Origin: Desulfobacteraceae bacterium
GTDB lineage: Bacteria; Desulfobacterota; Desulfobacteria; Desulfobacterales; Desulfobacteraceae
Assembly (NCBI GenBank): GCA_046496975.1
Contig: JAWOGI010000227.1
Coordinates: 1-37,255, forward strand
DNA length: 37,255 bases
Direction: 5' to 3'
In this document: positions 17,401 to 25,709 of the stretch, one piece after another
Numbering within the stretch: position 1 is the first letter of the stretch
Layout of the letters: every line of letters starts with the position of its first letter
The notes under the pieces: generated by a model
The model's database searches: none
What the model saw: only the letters and a program-made list of their open reading frames with translations
Told to the model about the DNA's origin: nothing
Translations under genes and position numbers: made by a program

Positions 17401-19173
17401 CTATTGGACCCGGGAGATGTTTATCTGGTGCTGGCAGACCCGGACCTTTTTCAACAGCTTGAAGATGGAATCGGGCATTCCCTCGGGCAGATCCACCGTG
17501 GTGAACTCATCATTGATATTGATGTGGCCGATGTATTTGGCTTCCAGCCCGGCCTCGTTGGTGATGGCCCCGACGATATCTCCGGGGCGGACACCATGGA
17601 CATTACCCACTTCAATGCGAAACCGCTCCATCCCCTTTTCCAGATCCCTGGGCCGTGGTTTTTTCGCTTTGGCCGAATCCCCGACCTTTTCTGCGGCAGC
17701 AGCAGCAGCAGCAGCAGGAGGAGCAGCGGCGGCAGAAGAAGAAGAAGAAGAAGAATCGCTTTTTTTCTTTTTCTGCTGGACAGCCCCCACCTTGCCGGGT
17801 TTTTCCTTTTTGCCGGTCTTGGGCGGGGTCACCGCCTGCTTTTTCTGACCGGAGAGCAGCAGCGGCTTGTCCCCCTGGACCATACTGGCAAGGGCGGCGG
17901 CAATGTCCAGGGCCGGCACATCGTGTTCCTGGCGGTACTGCTCCATGAGATCCCTGAGCTGCCCAAGATCCCTGGATGCCAGGGTGTCGGTGATGCTCTG
18001 CTTGAAATCGGCAATGCGCTTGTCGTTGATGGTCTCGGTGGAGGGGAGCTTCATCATCTCCATCTTCTGGCGGGTGGCCTTTTCAATGACCCGTATCATC
18101 CACTTCTCCCTGGGCGAGACAAAGAGGATGGCATCCCCTTTCCGGCCGATGCGGCCGGTCCGGCCGATGCGGTGGATATAGGACTCGGCGCCGTTGGGAA
18201 TGTCGTAATTGATCACATGACTGATGCGGTCCACATCCAGTCCCCTGGCCGCCACATCCGTGGCAACGAGGATATCGATCTTGCCCTTTTTCAACCGGTC
18301 AACGGTCCTCTCCCGGGACTTCTGGGCAATGTCCCCGTTCAGGGGTTCCGTGGCAAAACCCCGGGCTTCCAGCTTTTCGGCAAGCTCCGCCGTTGCCGTC
18401 TTGGTCCGGACAAAGACGATGATGCCGTCAAAGGTTTCCGCCTCGAGGATCCGGGTCAGGGCATCCAGCTTATGGGCCCCCTTGACCATCCAGTAGCGCT
18501 GGTGAATGGTGTCCGCCGTGGTGGTGCGCAGCTTGATGGAGATTTCCTGGGGATCGCTAAGATGCTTTGCGGCGATCTTCTTGATGGCCGGGGGCATGGT
18601 GGCGGAGAAGAGGGCTGTCTGGCGCTGGGCCGGGATCTGGTCGAGGATCCACTCCACATCGTCGATAAACCCCATGCGGAGCATCTCGTCGGCCTCGTCC
18701 AGGACAATGGATGAGACCTCATCCAGGTTGATGGTCTTGCGGCGCATGTGATCCATGAGCCGTCCCGGGGTTCCCACGATGACATGCACCCCCCGCTTGA
18801 GCTGCTTGAGCTGGCCGGCATATCCCTGGCCGCCGTAGATGGGAAGCACACGGAATCCCGTCATCCGTGCCGCATAGCCCTTGAAGGCCTCGGCCGCCTG
18901 GATGGCAAGCTCCCGGGTGGGGGCAAGCACCAGCACCTGGGTTTTTTTCTTTCTCAGATTGATCTTGGACAGCAAAGGAAGGGCAAAGGCGGCGGTCTTG
19001 CCCGTACCGGTCTGGGCCTGGCCGATCACATCCTTCCCCTCCAGCATGGGAGGAATGGTCAGTGACTGGATGGAAGTGGGGGTTTCATACCCGACATCTT
19101 TCAAACCGGCCAGGACAGGTTTGGACAGGTCCATTTCGCTGAACCCGGATTGCAACGTATTTTCAGATACCAT
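17401..19173 (-). CDS. deaD: DEAD-box ATP-dependent RNA helicase (DeaD/CsdA type)
   Basis: 590 aa. AQTGTGKT, DEAD, SAT, HRIGRTGR motifs, a low-complexity Ser/Ala linker and a DbpA-like C-terminal RNA-binding domain. Confidence 0.9.
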   Translation of the reverse strand: MVSENTLQSGFSEMDLSKPVLAGLKDVGYETPTSIQSLTIPPMLEGKDVIGQAQTGTGKTAAFALPLLSKINLRKKKTQVLVLAPTRELAIQAAEAFKGYAARMTGFRVLPIYGGQGYAGQLKQLKRGVHVIVGTPGRLMDHMRRKTINLDEVSSIVLDEADEMLRMGFIDDVEWILDQIPAQRQTALFSATMPPAIKKIAAKHLSDPQEISIKLRTTTADTIHQRYWMVKGAHKLDALTRILEAETFDGIIVFVRTKTATAELAEKLEARGFATEPLNGDIAQKSRERTVDRLKKGKIDILVATDVAARGLDVDRISHVINYDIPNGAESYIHRIGRTGRIGRKGDAILFVSPREKWMIRVIEKATRQKMEMMKLPSTETINDKRIADFKQSITDTLASRDLGQLRDLMEQYRQEHDVPALDIAAALASMVQGDKPLLLSGQKKQAVTPPKTGKKEKPGKVGAVQQKKKKSDSSSSSSSAAAAPPAAAAAAAAEKVGDSAKAKKPRPRDLEKGMERFRIEVGNVHGVRPGDIVGAITNEAGLEAKYIGHININDEFTTVDLPEGMPDSIFKLLKKVRVCQHQINISRVQ

Positions 19174-19689
19174 ATTATTTTACCTTAAACCAAGGGCCCC
19201 GCCGGACAAAAGGGCGGAAACCCCAAAAAGTGAACACACAGATAAGTACCTGGACAAATATTCTTCACGGAGAGAGTCACAAACCACCTTGCACTATCAT
19301 CAAATCCATACCCTACATCTCCGGCGCCGATATTTTGGAGAATGTCCAAAACGGGTCCGGAGGGTGAGCTGTATGGAGAAGGATACAGAAAAACACAGAA
19401 TCAGGAACTTAAGGAAAAGTGATCATTCTGCTTGCGGGGAAGACCGAAAACCGATTAATCACATAATTACCACAATTATTACCAGATCTTATAACCTGTT
19501 TTCCGCTTTTTTGCAAGCAAACAAATTCAACACCCCCACGGATCATCCCTCTTATCTCCCCAGGCGGCATCAAAACCTGAGCAGATCCTCTGCCAGAACA
19601 ACCCCGCCCTTGAACTGTTTTTGGCATGGTAACATTTTTCAAGAAAATCTTGCGGGACCTGCATCATCATGATACCCTTTTCAATATAT

Positions 19690-19721
19690 CATATAATCGG
19701 TATAGCCGATCCATGGTCATC
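19690..19721. repeat. Fragment of hairpin-repeat family 1
   Basis: catataatcggtatagccgatccatggtcatc resembles catataaaccggcatggccggtccatggtcatc at 23946-23978. Confidence 0.5.
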
Positions 19722-19765
19722 TAAAAAATAATTGAAGGCCCACGAATTCTGGATAGCGTAATATT

Positions 19766-20023
19766 ATGCCAGAAATATCAAGATTTCTCGGAATTGTGAT
19801 CGGTATTTTCCCGCGGGAACATCCACCGCCTCACTTTCATGCGGTGTACGGCGAGTACCAGATCACTGTTGATATCAAGAGAGGAGTTGTAAGCGGAGTT
19901 TTTCCCCGAAGAGCTCTCCGGCATGTTTTGGAATGGTATGAGTTACATCAAGATGAATTGCTTGAAGACTGGAATTTGAGTCAGAAAGGTCATCCTCCCA
20001 AAAAAATCGACCCATTGGAGTAA
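19766..20023 (+). CDS. DUF4160-family small protein
   Basis: 85 aa. The N-terminus MPEISRFLGIVIGIFPREHPPPHFHAVYGEY is the pattern I recall for DUF4160. It is followed 5 nt later by a DUF2442-like gene. Confidence 0.7.
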   Translation: MPEISRFLGIVIGIFPREHPPPHFHAVYGEYQITVDIKRGVVSGVFPRRALRHVLEWYELHQDELLEDWNLSQKGHPPKKIDPLE

Positions 20024-20028
20024 TCAGT

Positions 20029-20274
20029 ATGATACCGAAAGTCATAAAAGCCAAATACACACATGATTATATCATTCACCTTTGGTTCGCTGACGGAACA
20101 GAGGGGGTTGTGGATCTCAGCCAGGAACTTTACGGCGAGATGTTTGAACCGCTTAAAAATCGTGAAACATTCGCAAAAGTCACAGTGCATCCGGACTTTC
20201 ATACCCTGTGCTGGCCGAATGGTGCCGATATCGCACCTGAATTCCTTTACGGAAAAATAAAAATTCCTGCATAG
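20029..20274 (+). CDS. DUF2442-family small protein
   Basis: 81 aa. The pattern ..IHLWFADGTEGVVDLS..PLKN..F..V.V......L.WPNGADIAPE fits DUF2442. Tightly coupled to the upstream DUF4160 gene. Confidence 0.7.
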   Translation: MIPKVIKAKYTHDYIIHLWFADGTEGVVDLSQELYGEMFEPLKNRETFAKVTVHPDFHTLCWPNGADIAPEFLYGKIKIPA

Positions 20275-20310
20275 CCAAGCCAAGGCAATTTCCCTGATCC
20301 ATGGATAGTG

Positions 20311-20880
20311 TCAAGGGATTCTATTCTCAAGGGCCCGGCGGATCTCTTCTGTTTTGGCACCGTTTCGGGTCCACATGCGGCAGGAATCCACCAGAAACCC
20401 CTTGTAGGGAATATCATCGACGGTGTCAGGCACCGGCGCCGGTTTTTCCCTTTTACGGGTGAGCCAGCCGTGAACCATCTCCTGGCCCATCACCGTCAGA
20501 AGATGGCACAGATGGGTGCATCCGTTCCTGCCGCCGGTGATCCGCCTTATCCGGCTGGAAAACCCCGACTTTATTTCAAGCCCCTTGACCCGCTCGATGG
20601 TATCAAGGGTCTCCCGGCATTGTGCCAGGGGCACATCCATCATTTCCCCCTGGATATCTTCGACGGCAAGGGGGGCTCCTCTGAGGATCAGCCAGATGCC
20701 CATGCGGTGGACAACCCCGGGCTCGGTGACCTTTCCGGTGATGTCAAATATGGGAACATGGCGATGGTCCTCAAGAAGCCCCTCAACGATCACCTGATCG
20801 TCCAGGTGGGGATAGGCGGCAAGCTTGATCTCCCTGGAATGAATTTCCCTCTTATCGGCAACAAGTTCTTTGATCTTCAC
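20311..20880 (-). CDS. DUF2889-like protein
   Basis: 189 aa. The GGRNGCTHLCHLL motif resembles the conserved G..gCtHl segment of DUF2889. Assigned from memory only. Confidence 0.55.
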   Translation of the reverse strand: MKIKELVADKREIHSREIKLAAYPHLDDQVIVEGLLEDHRHVPIFDITGKVTEPGVVHRMGIWLILRGAPLAVEDIQGEMMDVPLAQCRETLDTIERVKGLEIKSGFSSRIRRITGGRNGCTHLCHLLTVMGQEMVHGWLTRKREKPAPVPDTVDDIPYKGFLVDSCRMWTRNGAKTEEIRRALENRIP

Positions 20881-20909
20881 TGCAAAACTCCTTTACAATC
20901 GGCAATTTT

Positions 20910-20960
20910 AAGGAAGGCCTGCCCCCACCTTCGTGGACAAGTATATATGATCGAGGCCAT
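20910..20960 (+). repeat. Copy of the family-2 tail module (also a fragment of the transposase-like remnant)
   Basis: aaggaaggcctgcccccaccttcgtggacaagtatatatgatcgaggccat aligns with 4085-4158 (aaggaaagcctgaccccaccttcgatg..ggacaagtgtatgatcaaggccat). Confidence 0.6.
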
Positions 20961-21028
20961 CCCAAATCCTTCAGGAGGTTTATAGTAGGGCCTTTAGGTC
21001 GTAAGGCTCTTGCTGTGCATCATGGCCG

Positions 21029-21772
21029 TTATATGGTTTCAAGGGAGGCAAATTCAGGTTCGTGCAGGGGAAGGAGGATATCTGCCATCTCTTTCACCTG
21101 AACCATGATATCATAGGCATCATAGGGATTGACAACGGTTCCCGGAGGGATCACCTCCATCTCCATGGCCTTGATTTCATTGGGCGGATAAAAGTTTTCC
21201 TTTAAAAGGCAGAACCCTGTGATCACCGCTTTTCCCTTCTCCGTATCGATTATTACACTCATGCCGCCTCTGGTGTGAACAGGGGTATACATCACGGAAA
21301 TCCCGGGAACAATCTCCATGTCTCGCTCTACACGCTCTATCTGGTTGTTCTCTTCTATATCCTCTATGTAGTCCTCAAGGTACCTGAAATCCAGGGGATG
21401 GGGATCATGTATGGTATCAAGCTCGTTTCCGTGGATATAAAACCTTGCGTTTGTGCATTTGTAGTCGTTTTCGCAATGATCATTGTGGAGATGGGTGTGG
21501 ATCACAATATCAATGTCCTCTGGTTTCAGGTTGAACCTGTCCAGGCCCTGTTCAAAGGTATAAATTTTTCCATTGATGGCTTTTTCCCTCTCCTCGGACT
21601 GGATTGGCATCATCTCACCGGTATCCACCAGTATTTTTTTGTCCCCGCCCTCAATATACCAGCAATAGATAGGAATGGTGAACGCTTTCCCGTTGTTGTA
21701 CTGATATGTCATCATGCTTTTATCAAATACCTTGGTGCCCATGACTAGGGGATGAATCTTATACCGCGCCAT
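21029..21772 (-). CDS. MBL-fold metallo-hydrolase (N-acyl-homoserine-lactonase-like family)
   Basis: 247 aa. HTHLHNDH (HxHxDH) zinc motif and downstream His/Asp ligands. Confidence 0.8.
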   Translation of the reverse strand: MARYKIHPLVMGTKVFDKSMMTYQYNNGKAFTIPIYCWYIEGGDKKILVDTGEMMPIQSEEREKAINGKIYTFEQGLDRFNLKPEDIDIVIHTHLHNDHCENDYKCTNARFYIHGNELDTIHDPHPLDFRYLEDYIEDIEENNQIERVERDMEIVPGISVMYTPVHTRGGMSVIIDTEKGKAVITGFCLLKENFYPPNEIKAMEMEVIPPGTVVNPYDAYDIMVQVKEMADILLPLHEPEFASLETI

Positions 21773-22173
21773 TGTCTTCTCCTGAATAAATAGTGTCTGT
21801 CTCCATATCGAAACCAGCGGATCGCAGTAACTTTTTTCTTAAACAGCTTTCATTTTTAAGGGTCCTGGCATTTTTCCGCCGCAAACACGTACTATACCCC
21901 ATATATGTTTCCTGGAAATAGTGTTCATATATTTTTTGAAAAATCAAGTTTTATTATACCGATTTCTGAAAAGCAGAGACAATAGGTTTTGCAGAGTAAA
22001 ACAACCAAAACATATCCAGGCACAGCCATTGTCTTTGTTGCCTGTGACATTTGGGAAAGGTATTTGCGCACACCGTTTTTTTGCACCTGTAAAAAATTGA
22101 GCTTGCCAACAGGATTTAAATGCATAAAATGGAACATTTAATCAGGAGTAATTTATGAATCAGAAATTAAGCG

Positions 22174-22518
22174 ATGTGTTTTACGGCCTGGCGCTTTTTG
22201 GGGTTCAGTCTTCTGGGGGAGCGGTTCAGCCGGGTGCAGTGGATTGCCGTATGTTTTGCCCTGGCCGGTCCGGCAGCCCTCCCTCTCCCTGTGGTGCATG
22301 GGAGCCGGCGTGATCACCAGCCTGCCCTGCTCTGGTTTGCCTCTTCAGCCAAACGGCTGAATCTCTCCACCATCGGCATCCTCCAGTACCTGGGCCCTTC
22401 CATTGCCTTTGTGCTTGGGGTGTTTGTGTGCTTTTTTGGCAAGAAAACAGGAAAGCCTCTTTGGTTCTGGCTTGTCCAGGTTAGGATGGGGGTAGTTTAC
22501 TGTGGGGATCTGATTTGA
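22174..22518 (+). pseudogene. rarD: Remnant of an EamA/RarD-type transporter gene
   Basis: LLGERFSRVQWIAVCFALAG and ..AKRLNLSTIGILQYLGPSIAFVLGVFV match two distant RarD segments. The intervening ~100 aa and the N-terminal half are missing. The segment GAGVITSLP lies in another frame, implying a 1-nt frameshift near 22325. Confidence 0.6.
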
Positions 22519-22590
22519 GTGTCATGATTCCAATCGGTTCACAAAAATATCTGTATATTCGACCGTGATAAAAAATATACATCTTTATAA

Positions 22591-22619
22591 TTGACTTGGG
22601 TTGAAAATACAGATATATT
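22591..22619 (+). promoter_or_regulatory. Near-consensus sigma70 promoter giving a leaderless (or nearly leaderless) mRNA
   Basis: TTGACT (22591-22596), exactly 17-nt spacer, TATATT (22614-22619). ATG 22627 lies 7 nt after the -10, and there is no Shine-Dalgarno. Confidence 0.55.
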
Positions 22620-22626
22620 GTGGGCT

Positions 22627-23739
22627 ATGAAAAAACGATACCTGCAGGATCAAATCAAAAAAGATCTGAAAAACAAAATGGTGTTTGTCAGTGGCCCCAG
22701 GCAAGTTGGCAAGACAACAGTGGCCAAATCTATGTTGACCGATGACACCTCCTACCTCAATTGGGATATCCCGGCTCACCGGGAGGCGATTTTAAAAAGA
22801 GAGTTGCCTTTGGCTGGCCTGTGGTGTTTTGATGAAATCCACAAGTATTCATCTTGGAGGGACTTTCTTAAAGGCTTGTATGATGAGTTTCAGGATACTC
22901 GTCAAATATTGGTGACAGGCAGTGCCAGGCTGGATATGCTAAGAAAATCCGGTGACTCTCTTCAGGGGAGATACCATCATTTGAGATTGCATCCCTTGTC
23001 TGTCAAAGAATTGGGGGTTTCCAAACAGGAGGCTTTTCTGGAATTATTGGAGCTTGGGGGGTTCCCTGAACCCTATTTTTCCAAATCTGCGGTGGAATCA
23101 AAAAGATGGTCCCTCAATTACCGGTCGTTGCTGGTCAACCATGAAAGTCCTGCCATAGAATCGATTTCTGATTTATCCAAGTTGGAGTTGCTGTCTTTAC
23201 GGCTACCGGAACTTGTTGGTTCCCCCTTGTCCTTGAATGCTTTGCGGCAAGATTTGCAGGTGGCTCACAAAACAATTGATCGCTGGATAGGTGTTCTGGA
23301 AAACGTGTATATGCTGTTCCGGCTTGCTCCCTTTGGATCTCCATTGATCAGGGCCGTCAAAAAGGAACAAAAGCATTACCATTTTGATTGGAGCCTGGTT
23401 CCGGATATGTCTGCAAGGTTTGAGAATTTGATCGCATCCCATTTGCTGAAATGGGTGCATTACCAGCGTGATGTTTTCGGGGAGCCGCTGGAACTTCGGT
23501 ACTTCCGAGACACAGACAAACGAGAGGTTGATTTTTGTATCACAAAGAATTTTGAGCCTCAAATGTTTGTGGAGTGTAAATGGAAAGACAGCGGCACCAG
23601 TTCACATTTGCATTATTTGCAAAAGAAATTTCCATCGGCTAAATATTTTCAAGTTTCTGCTACTGGTAAAAAACAATTTTTGAGTTTAAAAAAGATCATT
23701 CATTTGCCGGCCCTTAATTTTCTGCAGGATTTTGTATAA
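22627..23739 (+). CDS. AAA-family ATPase with DUF4143 C-terminal domain
   Basis: Start taken at MKKRYLQDQI. Walker A VSGPRQVGKTT, overall AAA_14 + DUF4143 layout (~370 aa). The stop TAA (23737-23739) lies inside the first TATAAC motif of the following repeat. Confidence 0.85.
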   Translation: MKKRYLQDQIKKDLKNKMVFVSGPRQVGKTTVAKSMLTDDTSYLNWDIPAHREAILKRELPLAGLWCFDEIHKYSSWRDFLKGLYDEFQDTRQILVTGSARLDMLRKSGDSLQGRYHHLRLHPLSVKELGVSKQEAFLELLELGGFPEPYFSKSAVESKRWSLNYRSLLVNHESPAIESISDLSKLELLSLRLPELVGSPLSLNALRQDLQVAHKTIDRWIGVLENVYMLFRLAPFGSPLIRAVKKEQKHYHFDWSLVPDMSARFENLIASHLLKWVHYQRDVFGEPLELRYFRDTDKREVDFCITKNFEPQMFVECKWKDSGTSSHLHYLQKKFPSAKYFQVSATGKKQFLSLKKIIHLPALNFLQDFV

Positions 23740-24133
23740 CGACCATGAGCAGCGTGCTCACAACAAAGATCGAAAGTCGAATTAGAGGCAGCCGGTTCGG
23801 GGTTTTGCCCGTAGCGGTTTTGAGCGGCAGCTGTGAGCATGGATGCTCTAAACAGCTGCCGCTCACCTCGGAGCAGCCCATGGACGGGCTGCAAGAATGA
23901 GCGTAGGGCAATACCCCGAATCGGCTGCCGGGATTACACGACTTTCATATAAACCGGCATGGCCGGTCCATGGTCATCGAACCGGCCACAACGAAGAATG
24001 AAACGCCGCCAACGGCAATGCTCTGGCGAGCGTTTCTTATAACGGCCATGCCCTGCGGGCACAACAAAACATGAAAGCTGTTAGCTTTTAGCTGAGTACT
24101 GATGGCTGACGGCTGACGGCTTTCATATAAAAC
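23735..24133 (+). repeat. Hairpin-repeat family 1, large cluster B (BIME/REP-like mosaic)
   Basis: Successive units are built as TATAA(C/A)-N-GC-rich hairpin-CACAAC(A/G)AA..GAAAG. It also carries a ~175-nt nested multi-stem insert (23772-23946) and a 6 x 7-nt array (24079-24120). It is the reverse complement of 28737-29046. Confidence 0.85.
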
Positions 24134-24193
24134 CATCTTGTTCCTGATGACCAGCAACCTGGCAATGGCCCAAACAATCATAGGAGAACTAAA

Positions 24194-24775
24194 ATGTTTG
24201 AGTTAAACGAATACACCCCGTTTGCCAAAGGTGCAAAAAAGATTTTCAAAAAAATAGATGAGAGCTTACCGGATCTGGGCCAACCAATACAAACCTTTAT
24301 CGCTGGCGGTGTGGCCGTTCATCTGTGGACTGCCTATCGTGTTTCGATAGATGTGGATACTATGTTTTCCCATAATATTCATATCCCCCAGGATCTCAAC
24401 GTTTTTTATTTGGATGAAAATCATGAAAGTCAAATCATACAATTTGATTATACCTATTCACCGACTTTTGGACTACTGCATCCTGATTTTAAAGAGAGAA
24501 CCGTTCCTTTGGCCGAAAAATCTTGTCGGAATATACAACTCAATGTTTTATCCCCGGTTGACTTGGCTATTACAAAACTGTCAAGATTTGCAGAAAAAGA
24601 CCAGGAGGACATTCAACGTTTAATTAATTTTGATTTGTTGGGTGATCCGGATTCTTTTGAAGAGCTTGTAGAAGACGCTCTAAGCTACTATATTGGGGAC
24701 GATACAATGATCAAATTTAACATTGATGATGTTTTAACTTGGATGTCAAAAGATGCAACACTTGGACCCCAATAA
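24194..24775 (+). CDS. Nucleotidyltransferase-fold protein (DUF6036 / AbiEii-like minimal NTase)
   Basis: 193 aa. FIAGGVAVHLWTAYRVSIDVD matches the GG.A....R.T.DiD NTase motif. LSPVDLAITKLSRFAEKDQEDIQRLI matches the conserved C-terminal helix of these families. Confidence 0.6.
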   Translation: MFELNEYTPFAKGAKKIFKKIDESLPDLGQPIQTFIAGGVAVHLWTAYRVSIDVDTMFSHNIHIPQDLNVFYLDENHESQIIQFDYTYSPTFGLLHPDFKERTVPLAEKSCRNIQLNVLSPVDLAITKLSRFAEKDQEDIQRLINFDLLGDPDSFEELVEDALSYYIGDDTMIKFNIDDVLTWMSKDATLGPQ

Positions 24776-25166
24776 ATTGCAAAACAAATTTGTTCAAGTT
24801 GTACAAGCCCATATTTTTGAGGCTCGTAAAGCTGAATGGACGACAGCGGAATTGTTGGTGGCCATGATCAAAGATCAGTGGGTGCCAGACATTTCCGCTT
24901 TAGAAAGTCCCATTGAGTATTGCAGGGCAGGGTACTTGTTGACCCTGGCGGCAATGTGGACTCAAGACCCCCAAAGACGAATTCTTTTGACCGCCTCCGA
25001 ACAATTACGGGAAACAGCGAATAGAATTTCAGAAAAACAGTCTTTTTATCCAGGACAAGGCTCCTCGAGGACCTTTGATGACCTGGCTTCCCATTGGAAT
25101 CTCAAGCGAGGTTGTCGGCCAACGGATATTCGGAATACTATGGATCAGGTTTTGAGCCACAGGTAA
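24753..25166 (+). CDS. Hypothetical protein, overlaps the NTase gene by 23 nt
   Basis: 137-aa ORF, predicted helical, no recognisable motif, weak RBS. Coding status rests on ORF length and apparent operon coupling. Confidence 0.4.
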   Translation: MQHLDPNKLQNKFVQVVQAHIFEARKAEWTTAELLVAMIKDQWVPDISALESPIEYCRAGYLLTLAAMWTQDPQRRILLTASEQLRETANRISEKQSFYPGQGSSRTFDDLASHWNLKRGCRPTDIRNTMDQVLSHR

Positions 25167-25311
25167 ACCGTGACTGCCTTGGGAGTTGGCTTTGGTCGCC
25201 CGTTGAGCCAGTTCAGGGAGGGGAGGATGTCCTTTGCCGCCATTAACCCGCTCCTGCAGATCCTTACCGCATTTGAAAAACGGTAATTTTTTAGGTGGCA
25301 CGATAGTTTCT

Positions 25312-25428
25312 TTTCCGGTTTTGAACGATCGGGATCTGGCCGGCCAAATCACTGATCTTTATCCCGACATCCGGCTGCTATTCATGTCCGGATATACCGC
25401 CAATGTCATTGCCCATCAGGGGATCCTA
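25312..25428 (+). pseudogene. Fragment of a response-regulator receiver domain
   Basis: FPVLNDRDLAGQITDLYPDIRLLFMSGYTANVIAHQGIL matches only the alpha3-beta5 part of receiver domains (..MPgMnGreLa..l....p.ikvLfmSGYt......g.l). No N-terminal Asp pocket and no output domain. Confidence 0.5.
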
Positions 25429-25491
25429 TATGATATTGAATTTTGGAGAAAAGTGTACAATGGAGTTGTTTTAAGCTTTAACCCTTTCATA

Positions 25492-25568
25492 AGGGATCTT
25501 CCAAAAAATAATCCACGCATCTTGCTTGTCTTTTTGCCCGTCTCCTGCGTTGCGCCAATGGAACATAA
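25492..25568. repeat. Half copy of palindromic repeat family 3
   Basis: agggatcttccaaaaaataatccacgcatcttgcttgtctttttgcccgtctcctgcgttgcgccaatgg aligns with the left arm at 13593-13662. The right arm is absent. Confidence 0.65.
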
Positions 25569-25642
25569 TAAGTTTTATGGCAAGGATCCCCCTATCCCTT
25601 TAGGGTAGGGGAAGAATTGCCATCTCCTAAGGCAAAATAATC

Positions 25643-25673
25643 TGAAAAAAAACCCCGGTAAAAACCGGGGTTT
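25643..25673 (-). terminator. Rho-independent terminator of ssb
   Basis: On the minus strand: aaccccgg-ttttta-ccggggtt (8-bp stem) followed by a run of 8 T, about 37 nt after the ssb stop. Confidence 0.7.
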
Positions 25674-25709
25674 CATCGCTAAACTTTACATTTTAGTCTA
25701 AGGTGTTCG

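Noticed and set aside
22591-22626. TTG-initiated 12-codon N-terminal extension of the AAA ATPase given in the ORF track.
   Set aside because: The TTG is the first base of a near-consensus -35 hexamer. Homologues as I recall them begin close to the Walker A region, as in MKKRYL...GPRQVGKTT.
23735-24133. Integron attC-like sites (series of imperfect hairpins after ORFs).
   Set aside because: The conserved flanks (TATAAC.. / ..CACAACAAA) do not fit the RYYYAAC / GTTRRRY core sites. There is no intI and no cassette-like ORF array.
24753-25166. HEPN toxin assignment for the ORF downstream of the NTase.
   Set aside because: No convincing Rx4-6H motif. The nearest candidates (R-x7-H in RTFDDLASH, R-x8-H in RNTMDQVLSH) fall outside the canonical spacing. 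Left as hypothetical.
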